From: an uncultured Burkholderia sp.
GTDB lineage: Bacteria > Pseudomonadota > Gammaproteobacteria > Burkholderiales > Burkholderiaceae
Length of the DNA: 64,000 nt
NCBI GenBank assembly: GCA_964425025.1
Contig: CAYRLJ010000003.1
Coordinates: 2,962-66,961, forward strand
Reading direction: 5' to 3'
Position 1 is the first letter of the stretch; every line of letters begins with the position of its first letter. Made by a program: the position numbers and the translations under genes. The notes below the pieces were generated by a model. The model was not told the DNA's origin. It saw only the letters and a program-made list of their open reading frames with translations, and made no database searches. Below are positions 28,410 through 38,058 of this stretch, piece after piece.

Positions 28410-28440
28410 AACGACCGGTTTGGCCGGAGCGACGGTCCCT
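28410..28440. repeat. Degenerate ~31 bp palindromic site (H), proposed right edge of the island
   Basis: AACGACCGGTTTGGCCGGAGCGACGGTCCCT; TTGGCCG core as in site E, left arm as in site B. Confidence 0.4.
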
Positions 28441-28534
28441 CGCGCGGCGCAGGCGACCAGCTCAAACTGGCCGAACGGCGACATACCACCAAGCTCTTCA
28501 TCAGTGCTATCTCCGGCGACATCGAACGCGGTTA

Positions 28535-29389
28535 CTAGCCTGCGCTGAGTTCCCGCATTCGCCGCAATCGTGCGTCTTCCTCAAGACGTGTCGCTTCGAG
28601 CACCTGCAGCACACCATCGAGGTCGGCAGGTCGCGCGTCGACTTCGATGCAGCCGGTCAATTTGACATCGACATGCAGTCGGCCTGCTTCGAACAGCGTC
28701 CAGATCTCCGCGCCATAACTCGCGGTGAGTATTTCCGGCGCGAACCGTCCGAAGTACGCGGCCAGGTTGTCGACGTCACGCTTAAGCATCGAGGCGGCGT
28801 CGTTGTTGCCGGCTGCGTCAACGGCCTGAGGCAGATCGATGATCACCGGCCCATCCGCTGCCAGCAGAATGTTGTATTCCGATAGGTCGCCGTGAATCAC
28901 GCCCGCGCAGAGCATTCGCACCACCTGGTTGAGCAGCAGCGCGTGCAGTTCCAGGGCGCGCGCCTCAGTCAGATCGACGTCGTTGAGGCGTGGTGCGACG
29001 TTACCCATCCCATCGACCACCAGTTCCATCAGCAACACGCCATCGGTACAGAGATAGGGTCGCGGCACGCGCACGCCTGCGTCGGCGAGCCGGAACAGCG
29101 CGTCGACTTCGGCGTTTTGCCATGACGCTTCCTGCATCTGACGGCCGTAGCGCGTTCCTTTTTCCATGGCACGCGCCTGCCGGCTGTTCTTTACTTTCCG
29201 GCCGTCCCGATACGACGCGGCCTGCCGAAAGCTGCGCTGCTTCACGTCCTTGTAGACCTTTGCGCAACGCGTCGAATCGCCGCTGCGCACGACGTAGACT
29301 ATTGCCTCCTTGCCGCTCATCAACTGGCCGATAACTTCGTCGATGAGGCCCTCTTCGAAAAGAGGTGCAAGCCCTTTGGGTATTTTCAT
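28535..29389 (-). CDS. RIO1-like Ser/Thr protein kinase
   Basis: MSGKEA, CAKVYK, IHGDLSEYNIL, IIDLPQ; likely start MKIPKGL. Confidence 0.92.
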   Translation of the reverse strand: MKIPKGLAPLFEEGLIDEVIGQLMSGKEAIVYVVRSGDSTRCAKVYKDVKQRSFRQAASYRDGRKVKNSRQARAMEKGTRYGRQMQEASWQNAEVDALFRLADAGVRVPRPYLCTDGVLLMELVVDGMGNVAPRLNDVDLTEARALELHALLLNQVVRMLCAGVIHGDLSEYNILLAADGPVIIDLPQAVDAAGNNDAASMLKRDVDNLAAYFGRFAPEILTASYGAEIWTLFEAGRLHVDVKLTGCIEVDARPADLDGVLQVLEATRLEEDARLRRMRELSAG

Positions 29390-29554
29390 GCGACCGCCAG
29401 GTGCGGCTCGGGGGGCGTGCATTCCACGTGCGTGGATGGCGAATGGCCCGCTGAGGTATGCGTGATCAACGGACCGATGAATCGGGTGCTCGGTGGCGCC
29501 GCTCGTAAGCTCGCTGGGTGGGAAACGAATGGAGTCATGCTGAATTATACGGGA

Positions 29555-29647
29555 GGGCGATGCTTCTTCGGCCGTGCGCGCGAAACTGCGATAACGCCCG
29601 AGCCAGTCGAGAGTCTCCAGGTCGCATATGCGTAGCTTGCGCAACAC
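29555..29647 (-). pseudogene. Truncated LysR HTH remnant
   Basis: LRKLRICDLETLDWLGRYRSFARTAEE resembles a LysR N-terminal helix-turn-helix; similarity ends after ~30 aa. Confidence 0.5.
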
Positions 29648-29758
29648 GTTCGAGCCCTGTCGATTTCACGTCCGGCTGTACGCCAGGGGAAGCCAGAAAT
29701 GCCAGCTAGCGGCGCCGGCTCGTGTCCTAACCCGCCCCGACGCCCTATATTCTCGCCA

Positions 29759-30112
29759 TTACGCGTCGACAATCACTTCAAAACCGCCATAGATCAGCCG
29801 CTGGCCATCAAAAGGCATCTGGTTTTTATCAGGTTGCAGCCGCGGGTCGGCCATCACTGCTTTCATCCCTTCGTCTCGGGACTGACGTGACGGCCATACG
29901 ATCCAGGAGAACACCACGGTCTCATCATCCTTACGCTTGACCGACATGGGAAACGACGTCACCTTGCCCTCGGGCACGTCGTCTCCCCAGCACTCGACCA
30001 CTTTCAACGCACCGTGCTCCTTGAAGACGGCCGCCGCTTTTTCGGCGAACTCCCTGTAAATTTCGCGGTTAGCCGTAGGCACTGGAACAACAAATCCCTC
30101 GACGTAATTCAT
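29759..30112 (-). CDS. DUF1428 (YbaA-like) protein
   Basis: MNYVEGFVVPVP..ECWGDDVP..FSWI.WPS..MPFDGQRLIYGGF; 117 aa. Confidence 0.9.
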   Translation of the reverse strand: MNYVEGFVVPVPTANREIYREFAEKAAAVFKEHGALKVVECWGDDVPEGKVTSFPMSVKRKDDETVVFSWIVWPSRQSRDEGMKAVMADPRLQPDKNQMPFDGQRLIYGGFEVIVDA

Positions 30113-30242
30113 TCGCACTCTCCTTGTTCCCACAGGCACGGGGTGTGCCATTCGGCAGCGCATCGCAACACGACTGCCCCTATGCACGACGAGCGGGAAG
30201 CCGAAAAATCGACAAGAGTCATTGCGTTCGAATGGGTTTCGC

Positions 30243-31550
30243 TCAAACCGGTGCGAGCCCCTGCGCACCATCCAGAATGCGAAGCTTGTCGCCGATATCG
30301 GGAAACTGATGCCCGCCCGCGCGAAGCTCGTTGACGAGTCGATGCGCCGTTGCACGACATTGCGCCAGCGTCTCAAGCAGTCGGGGTTCGGCTTGCAGGC
30401 TCGCCACGACCCTTTCGAGCTGCGATGGAGACTCGCTCAGAAGGGCAGGAACGACCTCTTCGGGCGGTATCGAAGACCCGTGACTCAGAAGCTGCGCGGT
30501 CCAATCAGATCCGTACAGAAGCGCGCGTCGCTCGGCCCTTTGTGCTTCTTCCTGGTCGAGCGCGGCAAGGCTGTGCCTATTCTTATGGAGCGACGCGCGC
30601 CAAGTTGCGAGGATGTCAGCGCGCAGGCTCGCAATTGCGTCACCGAGCGGTGCGTTCTGTCCGCCCGATGCCAGGCGACGTTCATCAAGCCTGTCGATGT
30701 GGTCGCGATAACCTTCGAGGTAGGACTGCCAGTTCAATGGAAGTTCGGTCCTCTCCGAGAACGAGCGGCTAAGCTCGTTGAGCTCACTCCTGATGTCCTG
30801 CATGGTTCGCGCGTCGGCAAGACGTGCCTCATAGACCTCTTGAGCCGTCACCATCTGACGGTGCAGGGGAAACAGGGGATTGCTGTGACGTCGTTGCAGG
30901 TGTCGCTCGGCAGCGCCGGGTTGGGCGCTCCATTTCCAGCTAGGCAGCGATGTTGCATCGAATTCGACCGCGTCGATCATCGGCCGGAACACCGCCAGCG
31001 CCTGGTCGGTTGCATGGCGAAAACAGTCAGCGAGCTTATACTCGGTGCCTTGCATGCTGGCAGTCGCGCTCCCGGCATCGGCGGATTCGGCCGCGAGCCT
31101 GAGAAAGCCTACAGCCACAAAGAACTCCATCGGGAGTTCAACGGACAGGCCCTCTTGTTGAAAGGTGCGCTGTTCGGAAGAAATCGACTCGACGGAATGC
31201 GCTAAGCGGTTTGCGAGATCGAGCAGCGCATCGATCTTGTCGCCGGACGACGGCTGCGCCGCCTCAACTAGCAGGCAGAACGACTCGCGTACCATTCGCG
31301 CCGCGATAGTGCCGTGCTTTTCGGCAAAGAGCCAAAACCAGAGGGCAAGCTGATATCCGCGCACTCCATCTCGTAGCACGGGCTCGACGTCTGGCGTAAA
31401 TGTAATGCCAGGCGCAATCCACCCCGCGAACGGTGCGCCGTTGCTGTCGAGGTACATGCTCAGAAGCTGCTTGATGGACTGATGCGTATCGCTGGGCCAG
31501 CTTCGCGTGTCATCTTGCCGCTTCTCGGTTTTCCAGAGTCTCCACGCCAT
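30243..31550 (-). CDS. Hypothetical protein (435 aa, largely helical)
   Basis: Long ORF with protein-like composition and RBS GAGG before MAWRLW; no motif recognised. Confidence 0.75.
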   Translation of the reverse strand: MAWRLWKTEKRQDDTRSWPSDTHQSIKQLLSMYLDSNGAPFAGWIAPGITFTPDVEPVLRDGVRGYQLALWFWLFAEKHGTIAARMVRESFCLLVEAAQPSSGDKIDALLDLANRLAHSVESISSEQRTFQQEGLSVELPMEFFVAVGFLRLAAESADAGSATASMQGTEYKLADCFRHATDQALAVFRPMIDAVEFDATSLPSWKWSAQPGAAERHLQRRHSNPLFPLHRQMVTAQEVYEARLADARTMQDIRSELNELSRSFSERTELPLNWQSYLEGYRDHIDRLDERRLASGGQNAPLGDAIASLRADILATWRASLHKNRHSLAALDQEEAQRAERRALLYGSDWTAQLLSHGSSIPPEEVVPALLSESPSQLERVVASLQAEPRLLETLAQCRATAHRLVNELRAGGHQFPDIGDKLRILDGAQGLAPV

Positions 31551-31948
31551 CGTCAGCCTCGTAAAAGTGCGGTATGAACGCTGGCAAAGATACTTGCACA
31601 CTCAGGCGGGGCCGTAAACCTTCGGCTGCCCCTGTCCGTCGGCGACAGTTTCGCGGCGTAAATGTTCCGGCCTGATTACGATGTGACGCTAAAAAGGGGG
31701 CGCGATGTCTGCACCGGCCCCTAAGCGATCGATGAACCGACGTCGCCAAACGCAAGGCTTCGAAGTTGATCCGATGACACCCTCGACGTGTCGCAGGTAC
31801 GATCATTGCATGGCTCACGCGGCCGACGCGCAAAAAGCGATCGGTGATATGCCCAACGTCGGGAGCATGCGAGCGTTAGGCAAGACAGTGAAGAGCGACT
31901 GGCGGAGCGATGTCGTTAATCGATGTTGCTCCGACGAGGGAGACGAGA

Positions 31949-33109
31949 ATGACCAAAGCTTTGCTTCCACGGTTAACGTCGGCATTTGTCTTGGCAATCG
32001 CCCTTGCCGGATGCGGGGGTGGCGGCGATCCGGACGGTACGGCTGCACATGCGAGTGCGTGGGGAACATCGGCGGTAGCCGCTCCCGCGAGCCCCACAGC
32101 TGACGATGGTTCGGCCTCTTCCGGAATCGGAAAACTTCAGCGCTTCCGCATCGACCCGACGAAAGTGTTCGTCGCGGGCATTTCGTCTGGCGGTTTCGCG
32201 GCAGTGCAGATGCACGTGGCCCACTCTTCCACCTTCAAAGGGGCCGCCATTTACGCGGGCGGGGTGTATTGGTGTGCGGGCGTTGGCGGCGCTGCATCAG
32301 CGTTGGCAAACTGTGGCGGCTTGACGCTTCCGACGAATCAGGCGTCGTACAACAGCACACTGACGGCATCCGAGACATACCTGGACGCGCAATCGTCCCT
32401 AGGCACGATCGACCCGGCAACGAATCTGCGTGGACAGCCGGTCTATCTCTGGTCCGGCACCCAGGATCAAGTCGTCAATCCGCACGAGATGGCGGACCTC
32501 AGCTCGGAATACCGACGTTATGGCGCCAATGTTAAGTTCGACAATGCCTATCCCGCCGAGCACGGCTGGGAATCGCCCGATGGCGAGCTTGCGTGCGGCA
32601 CGCTCGGCAGTCCCTACATGGTGCGCTGCTCCGTAAACGGCGCGGTCTACGATTCAGTAAAAACGTGGCTGACGATGTTCCTTGGCCCGTTGAATCCGCG
32701 CAATGACGGAAAGCTCTCCGGCACGCTTTCGTCATTCGATCAAACGGAGTTCGGGGCATCTCCTAATCTTTCGATGAGCTCGACAGGTAGCGTTTTTGTT
32801 CCCAAAGCCTGCGCGCAAGGGAACAAGTGCGGATTCGTGCTCGCTCTCCACGGCTGTCTGCAGGAAGCCTCGCTTATCGGAAACCGCTGGGTCACCGAGG
32901 CCGGCATCAACGAATGGGCCGATACGAACAAATTGGTGGTCGTGTATCCCGACACCATCGCGTCGTCCGCACCGGGGCCCACCAATCCGAATGCATGCTT
33001 CGACTGGTGGGGCTACTCCAATCAGTACGACCCGAACTATGCACTCAAAAGCGGCTTGCAGATGTCGGTGCTTTACGGGATGGTGCGGCGCGTGACGGGT
33101 CGACCGTAA
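31949..33109 (+). CDS. Lipoprotein PHB depolymerase/esterase (extracellular type II catalytic domain-like)
   Basis: Lipobox LAGC; GISSG lipase box; ALHGCLQ; NPNACFDWWGY. Confidence 0.85.
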   Translation: MTKALLPRLTSAFVLAIALAGCGGGGDPDGTAAHASAWGTSAVAAPASPTADDGSASSGIGKLQRFRIDPTKVFVAGISSGGFAAVQMHVAHSSTFKGAAIYAGGVYWCAGVGGAASALANCGGLTLPTNQASYNSTLTASETYLDAQSSLGTIDPATNLRGQPVYLWSGTQDQVVNPHEMADLSSEYRRYGANVKFDNAYPAEHGWESPDGELACGTLGSPYMVRCSVNGAVYDSVKTWLTMFLGPLNPRNDGKLSGTLSSFDQTEFGASPNLSMSSTGSVFVPKACAQGNKCGFVLALHGCLQEASLIGNRWVTEAGINEWADTNKLVVVYPDTIASSAPGPTNPNACFDWWGYSNQYDPNYALKSGLQMSVLYGMVRRVTGRP

Positions 33110-33229
33110 GAAAATTGGTCCAACCAATTTGCGTCGCTGCCTGAACGAAATCAATATGGGCCGCATCGCGCACGCGCAGAGGGATGCCGTTGCCGACGCC
33201 CACGACCCAAACGATTTCACAGGAAAACC

Positions 33230-34759
33230 ATGGCCGATTCCACTTCCCAGGTCATCTCGCTGCATCCCGAGGACGACGTTGCGATCGCGCGCGGCGCTAT
33301 CGCGGTAGGCACCTTGCTTCGCGAATTGAATGATCTCGCCGTCACCGACGATATCCCGGCCGCCCACAAGATCGCGGTGCGCGCGGTCAACGCTGGCGAC
33401 CCGGTCCGCCGCTACGGCCAGATCATCGGTTTCGCCACGCAAGCGATAGCACCGGGCGCACATGTCCACACGCACAACGTGTCGATGGGCGACTTTGCGC
33501 GAGACTACGCGTATGGCACCAACGTGAAAGCCGTCCCGGCCGCGCCGCAGGCCCTCACGTTCCAGGGCTTTCTGCGCGCCGATGGCCGCGTGGCGACGCG
33601 CAATTACATCGGCGTCATCAGTACCGTCAATTGCTCGGCCACGGTGACGAAGCTGGTCACGCAACATTTTTCGGCGCCCGGCGCGCTCGACGCCTGGCCG
33701 AATGTCGATGGCATCGTGCCCATCACGCACAGCTTCGGCTGCTGCATCGACCACAATGGCGAAGGCATCCAGCAACTGCGCCGCACGATCGGCGGCTATG
33801 TGCGCCATCCGAATTTCGCCGGCGTGGTCGTGATCGGGCTCGGTTGTGAAGCCAATCAGATGGGGGCGATGTTCGTCGCCGAGGGCGTCGAGGCAGGCGA
33901 GGCCGTGGTGCCGCTCGTCATTCAGGAGCAGGGCGGCACACAGAAGACCGTCGACGCCGCGATCGCCGCCATCGAGAAACTGCTTCCCGTCGCCAATCGT
34001 GCGGTTCGTGAAACGCTTCCTGTCTCGCACCTGAACATCGCATTGCAGTGCGGCGGATCGGATGGTTATTCGGGCATTACGGCGAATCCGGCGCTCGGCG
34101 CGGCAGTGGATCTTCTGGTGCAGCACGGTGGCACGGCGATTCTCAGCGAAACGCCCGAAATCTACGGGGCAGAGCACCTGCTCACGCGGCGCGCGATCTC
34201 GCCGGAGGTGGGGCAAAAGATCGTCGATCGGATCCACTGGTGGGAGAACTACGCACAGCGTGAGAAGGGCAGCATCGACAACAATCCGACGCCTGGCAAT
34301 AAGGCGGGCGGCTTGACGACGATTTTGGAGAAGTCGCTGGGTGCCGTCGCCAAGAGCGGTTCGACGCCGCTGGTCGACGTCTATCGGTATGCCGAGCCTG
34401 TCACGGCCAAAGGTCTCGTTTTCATGGACGCGCCCGGCTACGACCCGATGGGCGCGACGGGGCAAATTGCAAGCGGCGCGAATCTCGTGCTTTTCACGAC
34501 TGGACGCGGCTCATGCTTCGGCGCGAAGCCGGCTCCTTCGATCAAGCTCGCCACCAACACGAAGATGTACACGCGGATGGTCGACGACATGGACATCAAC
34601 TGCGGCGACATCATGGATGGCGACGTATCCGTCGAGCAGAAAGGCCGCGAGATCTTCGAGATGATCATCGCGGTTGCGTCGGGTGCGAAGAGCAAGAGTG
34701 AAGCGCTCGGTGTGGGCAATGAAGAATTCGTGCCCTGGATGATCGGCGCACAGATGTAA
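33230..34759 (+). CDS. UxaA/GarD-family altronate/galactarate dehydratase
   Basis: SAF domain HPEDDVAIA..HKIA..HVHTHN; CGGSDG; NNPTPGNKAGGLTT; FTTGRG. Confidence 0.93.
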   Translation: MADSTSQVISLHPEDDVAIARGAIAVGTLLRELNDLAVTDDIPAAHKIAVRAVNAGDPVRRYGQIIGFATQAIAPGAHVHTHNVSMGDFARDYAYGTNVKAVPAAPQALTFQGFLRADGRVATRNYIGVISTVNCSATVTKLVTQHFSAPGALDAWPNVDGIVPITHSFGCCIDHNGEGIQQLRRTIGGYVRHPNFAGVVVIGLGCEANQMGAMFVAEGVEAGEAVVPLVIQEQGGTQKTVDAAIAAIEKLLPVANRAVRETLPVSHLNIALQCGGSDGYSGITANPALGAAVDLLVQHGGTAILSETPEIYGAEHLLTRRAISPEVGQKIVDRIHWWENYAQREKGSIDNNPTPGNKAGGLTTILEKSLGAVAKSGSTPLVDVYRYAEPVTAKGLVFMDAPGYDPMGATGQIASGANLVLFTTGRGSCFGAKPAPSIKLATNTKMYTRMVDDMDINCGDIMDGDVSVEQKGREIFEMIIAVASGAKSKSEALGVGNEEFVPWMIGAQM

Positions 34760-34805
34760 TGCAAAGCACGGATGCGGCCGTGCAACTCTATTCACGGCCG
34801 CGTCG

Positions 34806-35294
34806 CTAACCGTGTGCGCCTCTGCCGACATACGCAGCGACTGCCGCTGTCAGCGCTATTGTGCGCAATTGCTCTGGCGATGCCAGGCGCGCGGCAACAA
34901 TCTCACGATTATCGAGCCGCAACTCGGGTAGGGAATCGAGGTGCAGCTCGAACATATGGACGCGGTCTCGTCGCCCGTCCCAGATACCGCACACGCTGCC
35001 CGCGGGAATCAGCGGATACGGCGGGAGTCCAATCTCCTCCTCCATTTCGCGCAGGGCCGCTGCGTCGGGCGATTCCCCAGGGTGAACACTGCCGCCGGGA
35101 AGGCCCCACTCGGTCCGGTACGACGACTTCAGCAGCAACAGCGACTGCCCGACGTAGATCGCGACTAGCGCGCCCTCATGGTTAGGCCGTCGAAGGTGCC
35201 ACCAAATCCGCGCCAGTCGAAATCCGACGCGAAGTACGACGCGCCAGATAGCGTCGATCAGCATCGTCGATCGCGCTCGCTCAAGGCTCGGCAT
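34806..35294 (-). CDS. NUDIX hydrolase
   Basis: Nudix box GGSVHPGESPDAAALREMEEEIG. Confidence 0.9.
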   Translation of the reverse strand: MPSLERARSTMLIDAIWRVVLRVGFRLARIWWHLRRPNHEGALVAIYVGQSLLLLKSSYRTEWGLPGGSVHPGESPDAAALREMEEEIGLPPYPLIPAGSVCGIWDGRRDRVHMFELHLDSLPELRLDNREIVAARLASPEQLRTIALTAAVAAYVGRGAHG

Positions 35295-35368
35295 GAGTCC
35301 TCTCTTTTCGCTTCATGGTTGCGCAGGTTACGGTTCGCCGCATTCGCTTAGATATCGAAAACGTCCGT

Positions 35369-37732
35369 TCAGTGCAGCGCGACGTGCTCCATCTCCTCGA
35401 AACTCGCGACGAATGCTGGGATGTCCGCGGGCGGTAAGGGCATAGCCAAAAGATAGCCCTGTACGACCGAGCACCCATCCTTCATCAAAAACGCCAACTG
35501 GTTCTCGCGCTCGACACCCTCTGCCACGATTTGGAAATTCAGACTTCGGGCAAGCGCGATGACTGCACGGATGATGGCCTCGTCCGCATGGTTGACCCCG
35601 ATGCCGCGCACGAACGACATATCGATCTTCAACCGGTCGGCATGGAAGGCACGCAAGTACGAGAGACTCGAGTACCCCGTTCCGAAATCGTCGATCGCAA
35701 TCGACACGCCAATTTCATTGAGCGCACGCAACGTCTGGAGCGCATTCGGCGCGATGAGCGCACTCTCGGTAATCTCCAGCTCGAGCCGGTGGCTGGGAAG
35801 GCCGGTAGTGGCGAGAGCATGGCATACAACGTCGCAGAAATCGTCATGCGCGAGTTGGCGCGGTGAAACGTTGACCGACATTCGCACCTCGGGCAACGCA
35901 TCCTCCCAGCGTTTCGCTTGCGCGCACGCCGTATGCAAAACCCATTCGCCTATTTTCTCGATCAGGCCGCTCTCTTCGGCCAGCGGGATAAACGTGGCGG
36001 GGCTCACAACGCCGATCTCCGGGTCCGACCAACGGATCAGCGCTTCGACGCCGCAGACGCGCCGAGCAGGCACATCGATTTGAGGCTGATAGACGAGTTT
36101 AAAAGCGTTCTGTTCCAATGCATCGCGCAAACGGCGCGAGAGCATAACGCGCTGTTCCACTGCGCTCGCAAGCCGCTCATCGAACCGCTCCACGCCGTTG
36201 CGTCCGTTTTCCTTGACGTGATACATCGCGAGATCCGCATGCTTTAAAAGGATCTCTGCGTCGGCTCCGTCATTCGGGTAGCAAGCCACGCCGATGCTCA
36301 TCTGCACGCGCAATTGCGTATCGTCGATTTGCACAGGAGCGTCGAACGCGCGCGCCACGCGTTCTAGCAGCGCGGCAAGCCTGTGCTTTTCATGCGGGCG
36401 AGCCAGCATCGTAACGAACTCGTCCCCGCCGTAGCGCGTCACGATGCCATCGGTGGCGACGCAACCAGACAAGCGTCGTGCAACCTCGCACAGCAGCCGG
36501 TCGCCCGTGCCGTGCCCGAGACTGTCGTTGACGTCCTTGAAGTGATCGAGGTCCATGAACAGTAACGCGAAAGGGCGTTGCGCTTCGATTTCCTGATCGA
36601 CGAGCTCGTGTAGCGTCACGCGGTTCGGAAGATCGGTGAGCGCATCTCGGCGCGCCTGCATGATGAGTCGATCGCGCGAGTCGATGAGCTCGGTCAGCTC
36701 GTTGATCACCGAGATGTGGTACGACGTGTCAGGCTCGTCGCTCACGGACGCGACGTGCAATTGATTCCAAAAAAATTGGCCGTTCGCCCGCCGGCTCTGC
36801 AGTAATCTCGTAGGGTCGTCGTTTGCCGCGAGGGCGCTCTTGATCTGAGCGAATAGCGCGCCGTTGGTGCGACTACGAGAAAGCGATTCATAGTCTCGGC
36901 CGACGATATCGCCGAGCGCGTAGCCCGTGATCTTTTCGAAAGCGGGATTGGCGTATTCGATCTGATCTCCATGCTGCCCAGAGCGGGTAATCAGCACGCC
37001 ATTGCCGATTGCGTCTAGTGCACGACTGCGCAGGCGCAGTGCTCGACGCGCAACGCCTGTTCGATGTTGAGCGACGAAGGCATAACCCAGCAGTGCGCAA
37101 CCGATCAACGCACTGAGGGCCAGCACAAGCCCTTCAATTTCCATTTGCCGGAGCGCGCTTTCGGATCTCGACCGCAGCACCGCGGTCTGCGCATCGCGAA
37201 GCACGGTGAGCTGCGATGTAATCTGCTCGAGCAAGCGATTTGCTTCAAGCAGGCGCGCGCTATCCACCGAAGCACGACCGTTCTCGACGGACGCATTCAC
37301 AGTGATTTCCGCCAGTAGAGTGGCCCATCGCGAGGTCTCGCCGCGCAGCATTTGGACGGCGGCCGTGCCGTCCGGGTTGTGCTTGTAGCCCTTTTCTAGC
37401 CGCTGGAAAGAGGCAACCACCGCTCCCACACGCTCGATCGGCCACGCGAACGACCCCTGGCGCGCGCTGCCGAACCCTTGCAAAAAATCGGCGTTCGCTC
37501 GGAAATAGAGCTTTTGCAGGACGTCGATGTCATGGCGAACCTGCAGGGCGTGCGCACGTTCCCGGTTCGAGTGCTCTTGCCTAGTCAGCGTATACCTGGT
37601 GCCGATCGCAGCCATGCCGAGGACGGCCAGCACGAGCAAGACCGTAACTGGGTGTCTTTGGTCATGACTTGTGCAGCGCTGCCACCACCGCGCGACGGTG
37701 CGGGCAATGTAGAGATGTAAGCCGAAAATCAT
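35369..37732 (-). CDS. Membrane-anchored PAS-GGDEF-EAL c-di-GMP enzyme
   Basis: Two TM helices, PAS (YANPAFEKITGY), DLDHFK..GGDEF, EALIRW, DDFGTGYSSL. Confidence 0.93.
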   Translation of the reverse strand: MIFGLHLYIARTVARWWQRCTSHDQRHPVTVLLVLAVLGMAAIGTRYTLTRQEHSNRERAHALQVRHDIDVLQKLYFRANADFLQGFGSARQGSFAWPIERVGAVVASFQRLEKGYKHNPDGTAAVQMLRGETSRWATLLAEITVNASVENGRASVDSARLLEANRLLEQITSQLTVLRDAQTAVLRSRSESALRQMEIEGLVLALSALIGCALLGYAFVAQHRTGVARRALRLRSRALDAIGNGVLITRSGQHGDQIEYANPAFEKITGYALGDIVGRDYESLSRSRTNGALFAQIKSALAANDDPTRLLQSRRANGQFFWNQLHVASVSDEPDTSYHISVINELTELIDSRDRLIMQARRDALTDLPNRVTLHELVDQEIEAQRPFALLFMDLDHFKDVNDSLGHGTGDRLLCEVARRLSGCVATDGIVTRYGGDEFVTMLARPHEKHRLAALLERVARAFDAPVQIDDTQLRVQMSIGVACYPNDGADAEILLKHADLAMYHVKENGRNGVERFDERLASAVEQRVMLSRRLRDALEQNAFKLVYQPQIDVPARRVCGVEALIRWSDPEIGVVSPATFIPLAEESGLIEKIGEWVLHTACAQAKRWEDALPEVRMSVNVSPRQLAHDDFCDVVCHALATTGLPSHRLELEITESALIAPNALQTLRALNEIGVSIAIDDFGTGYSSLSYLRAFHADRLKIDMSFVRGIGVNHADEAIIRAVIALARSLNFQIVAEGVERENQLAFLMKDGCSVVQGYLLAMPLPPADIPAFVASFEEMEHVALH

Positions 37733-37849
37733 GGGTTATGAATGAAGCGCGACAACGCTAGCCGAAATCCATATCTATGAAAAGATGAAATGGCCCGGTG
37801 CAATGGCCTGCGCCAAACGACGCGATCGCGCCGGAACCCCCTTACCGAT

Positions 37850-37876
37850 GTATCGGCAGAAAGTGTGAAACCTTAA
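37850..37876 (-). promoter_or_regulatory. Putative sigma28 (FliA) promoter for the GGDEF/EAL gene
   Basis: Minus strand TTAA-N15-GCCGATAC versus the sigma28 consensus TAAA-N15-GCCGATAA; ~120 nt upstream of ATG 37732. Confidence 0.65.
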
Positions 37877-38058
37877 ACCGGGGCCGAGCGATCCGGTTGA
37901 CTGAAGTGCGCTGCCTTTCGCGGGTTGTTCGTGCGTTTGGGGTAGGTCCGCCTTGCGGGAGCCGGGCAGTGCTTCGTCGATTACGACAGCGCGCGTAATG
38001 GGTTGGCTCGGGCGAAAATCTAGGCATCGCGTGATTGATTCGGCCTGGCGTTGAAGCG

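Larger units (their letters stand above)
15338..28440. mobile_element. Putative recombinase-associated accessory island / cassette array
   Basis: Recombinase pseudogene at the left edge, unrelated cargo modules, AT-richer right part, and recurrent ~30 bp imperfect palindromes in the spacers; boundaries approximate. Confidence 0.5.

Noticed and set aside
15388-28440. Classical integron or prophage
   Set aside because: The recombinase is too short and unlike IntI, no attC-type hairpins were seen, cargo retains its own regulators, and there are no phage structural genes
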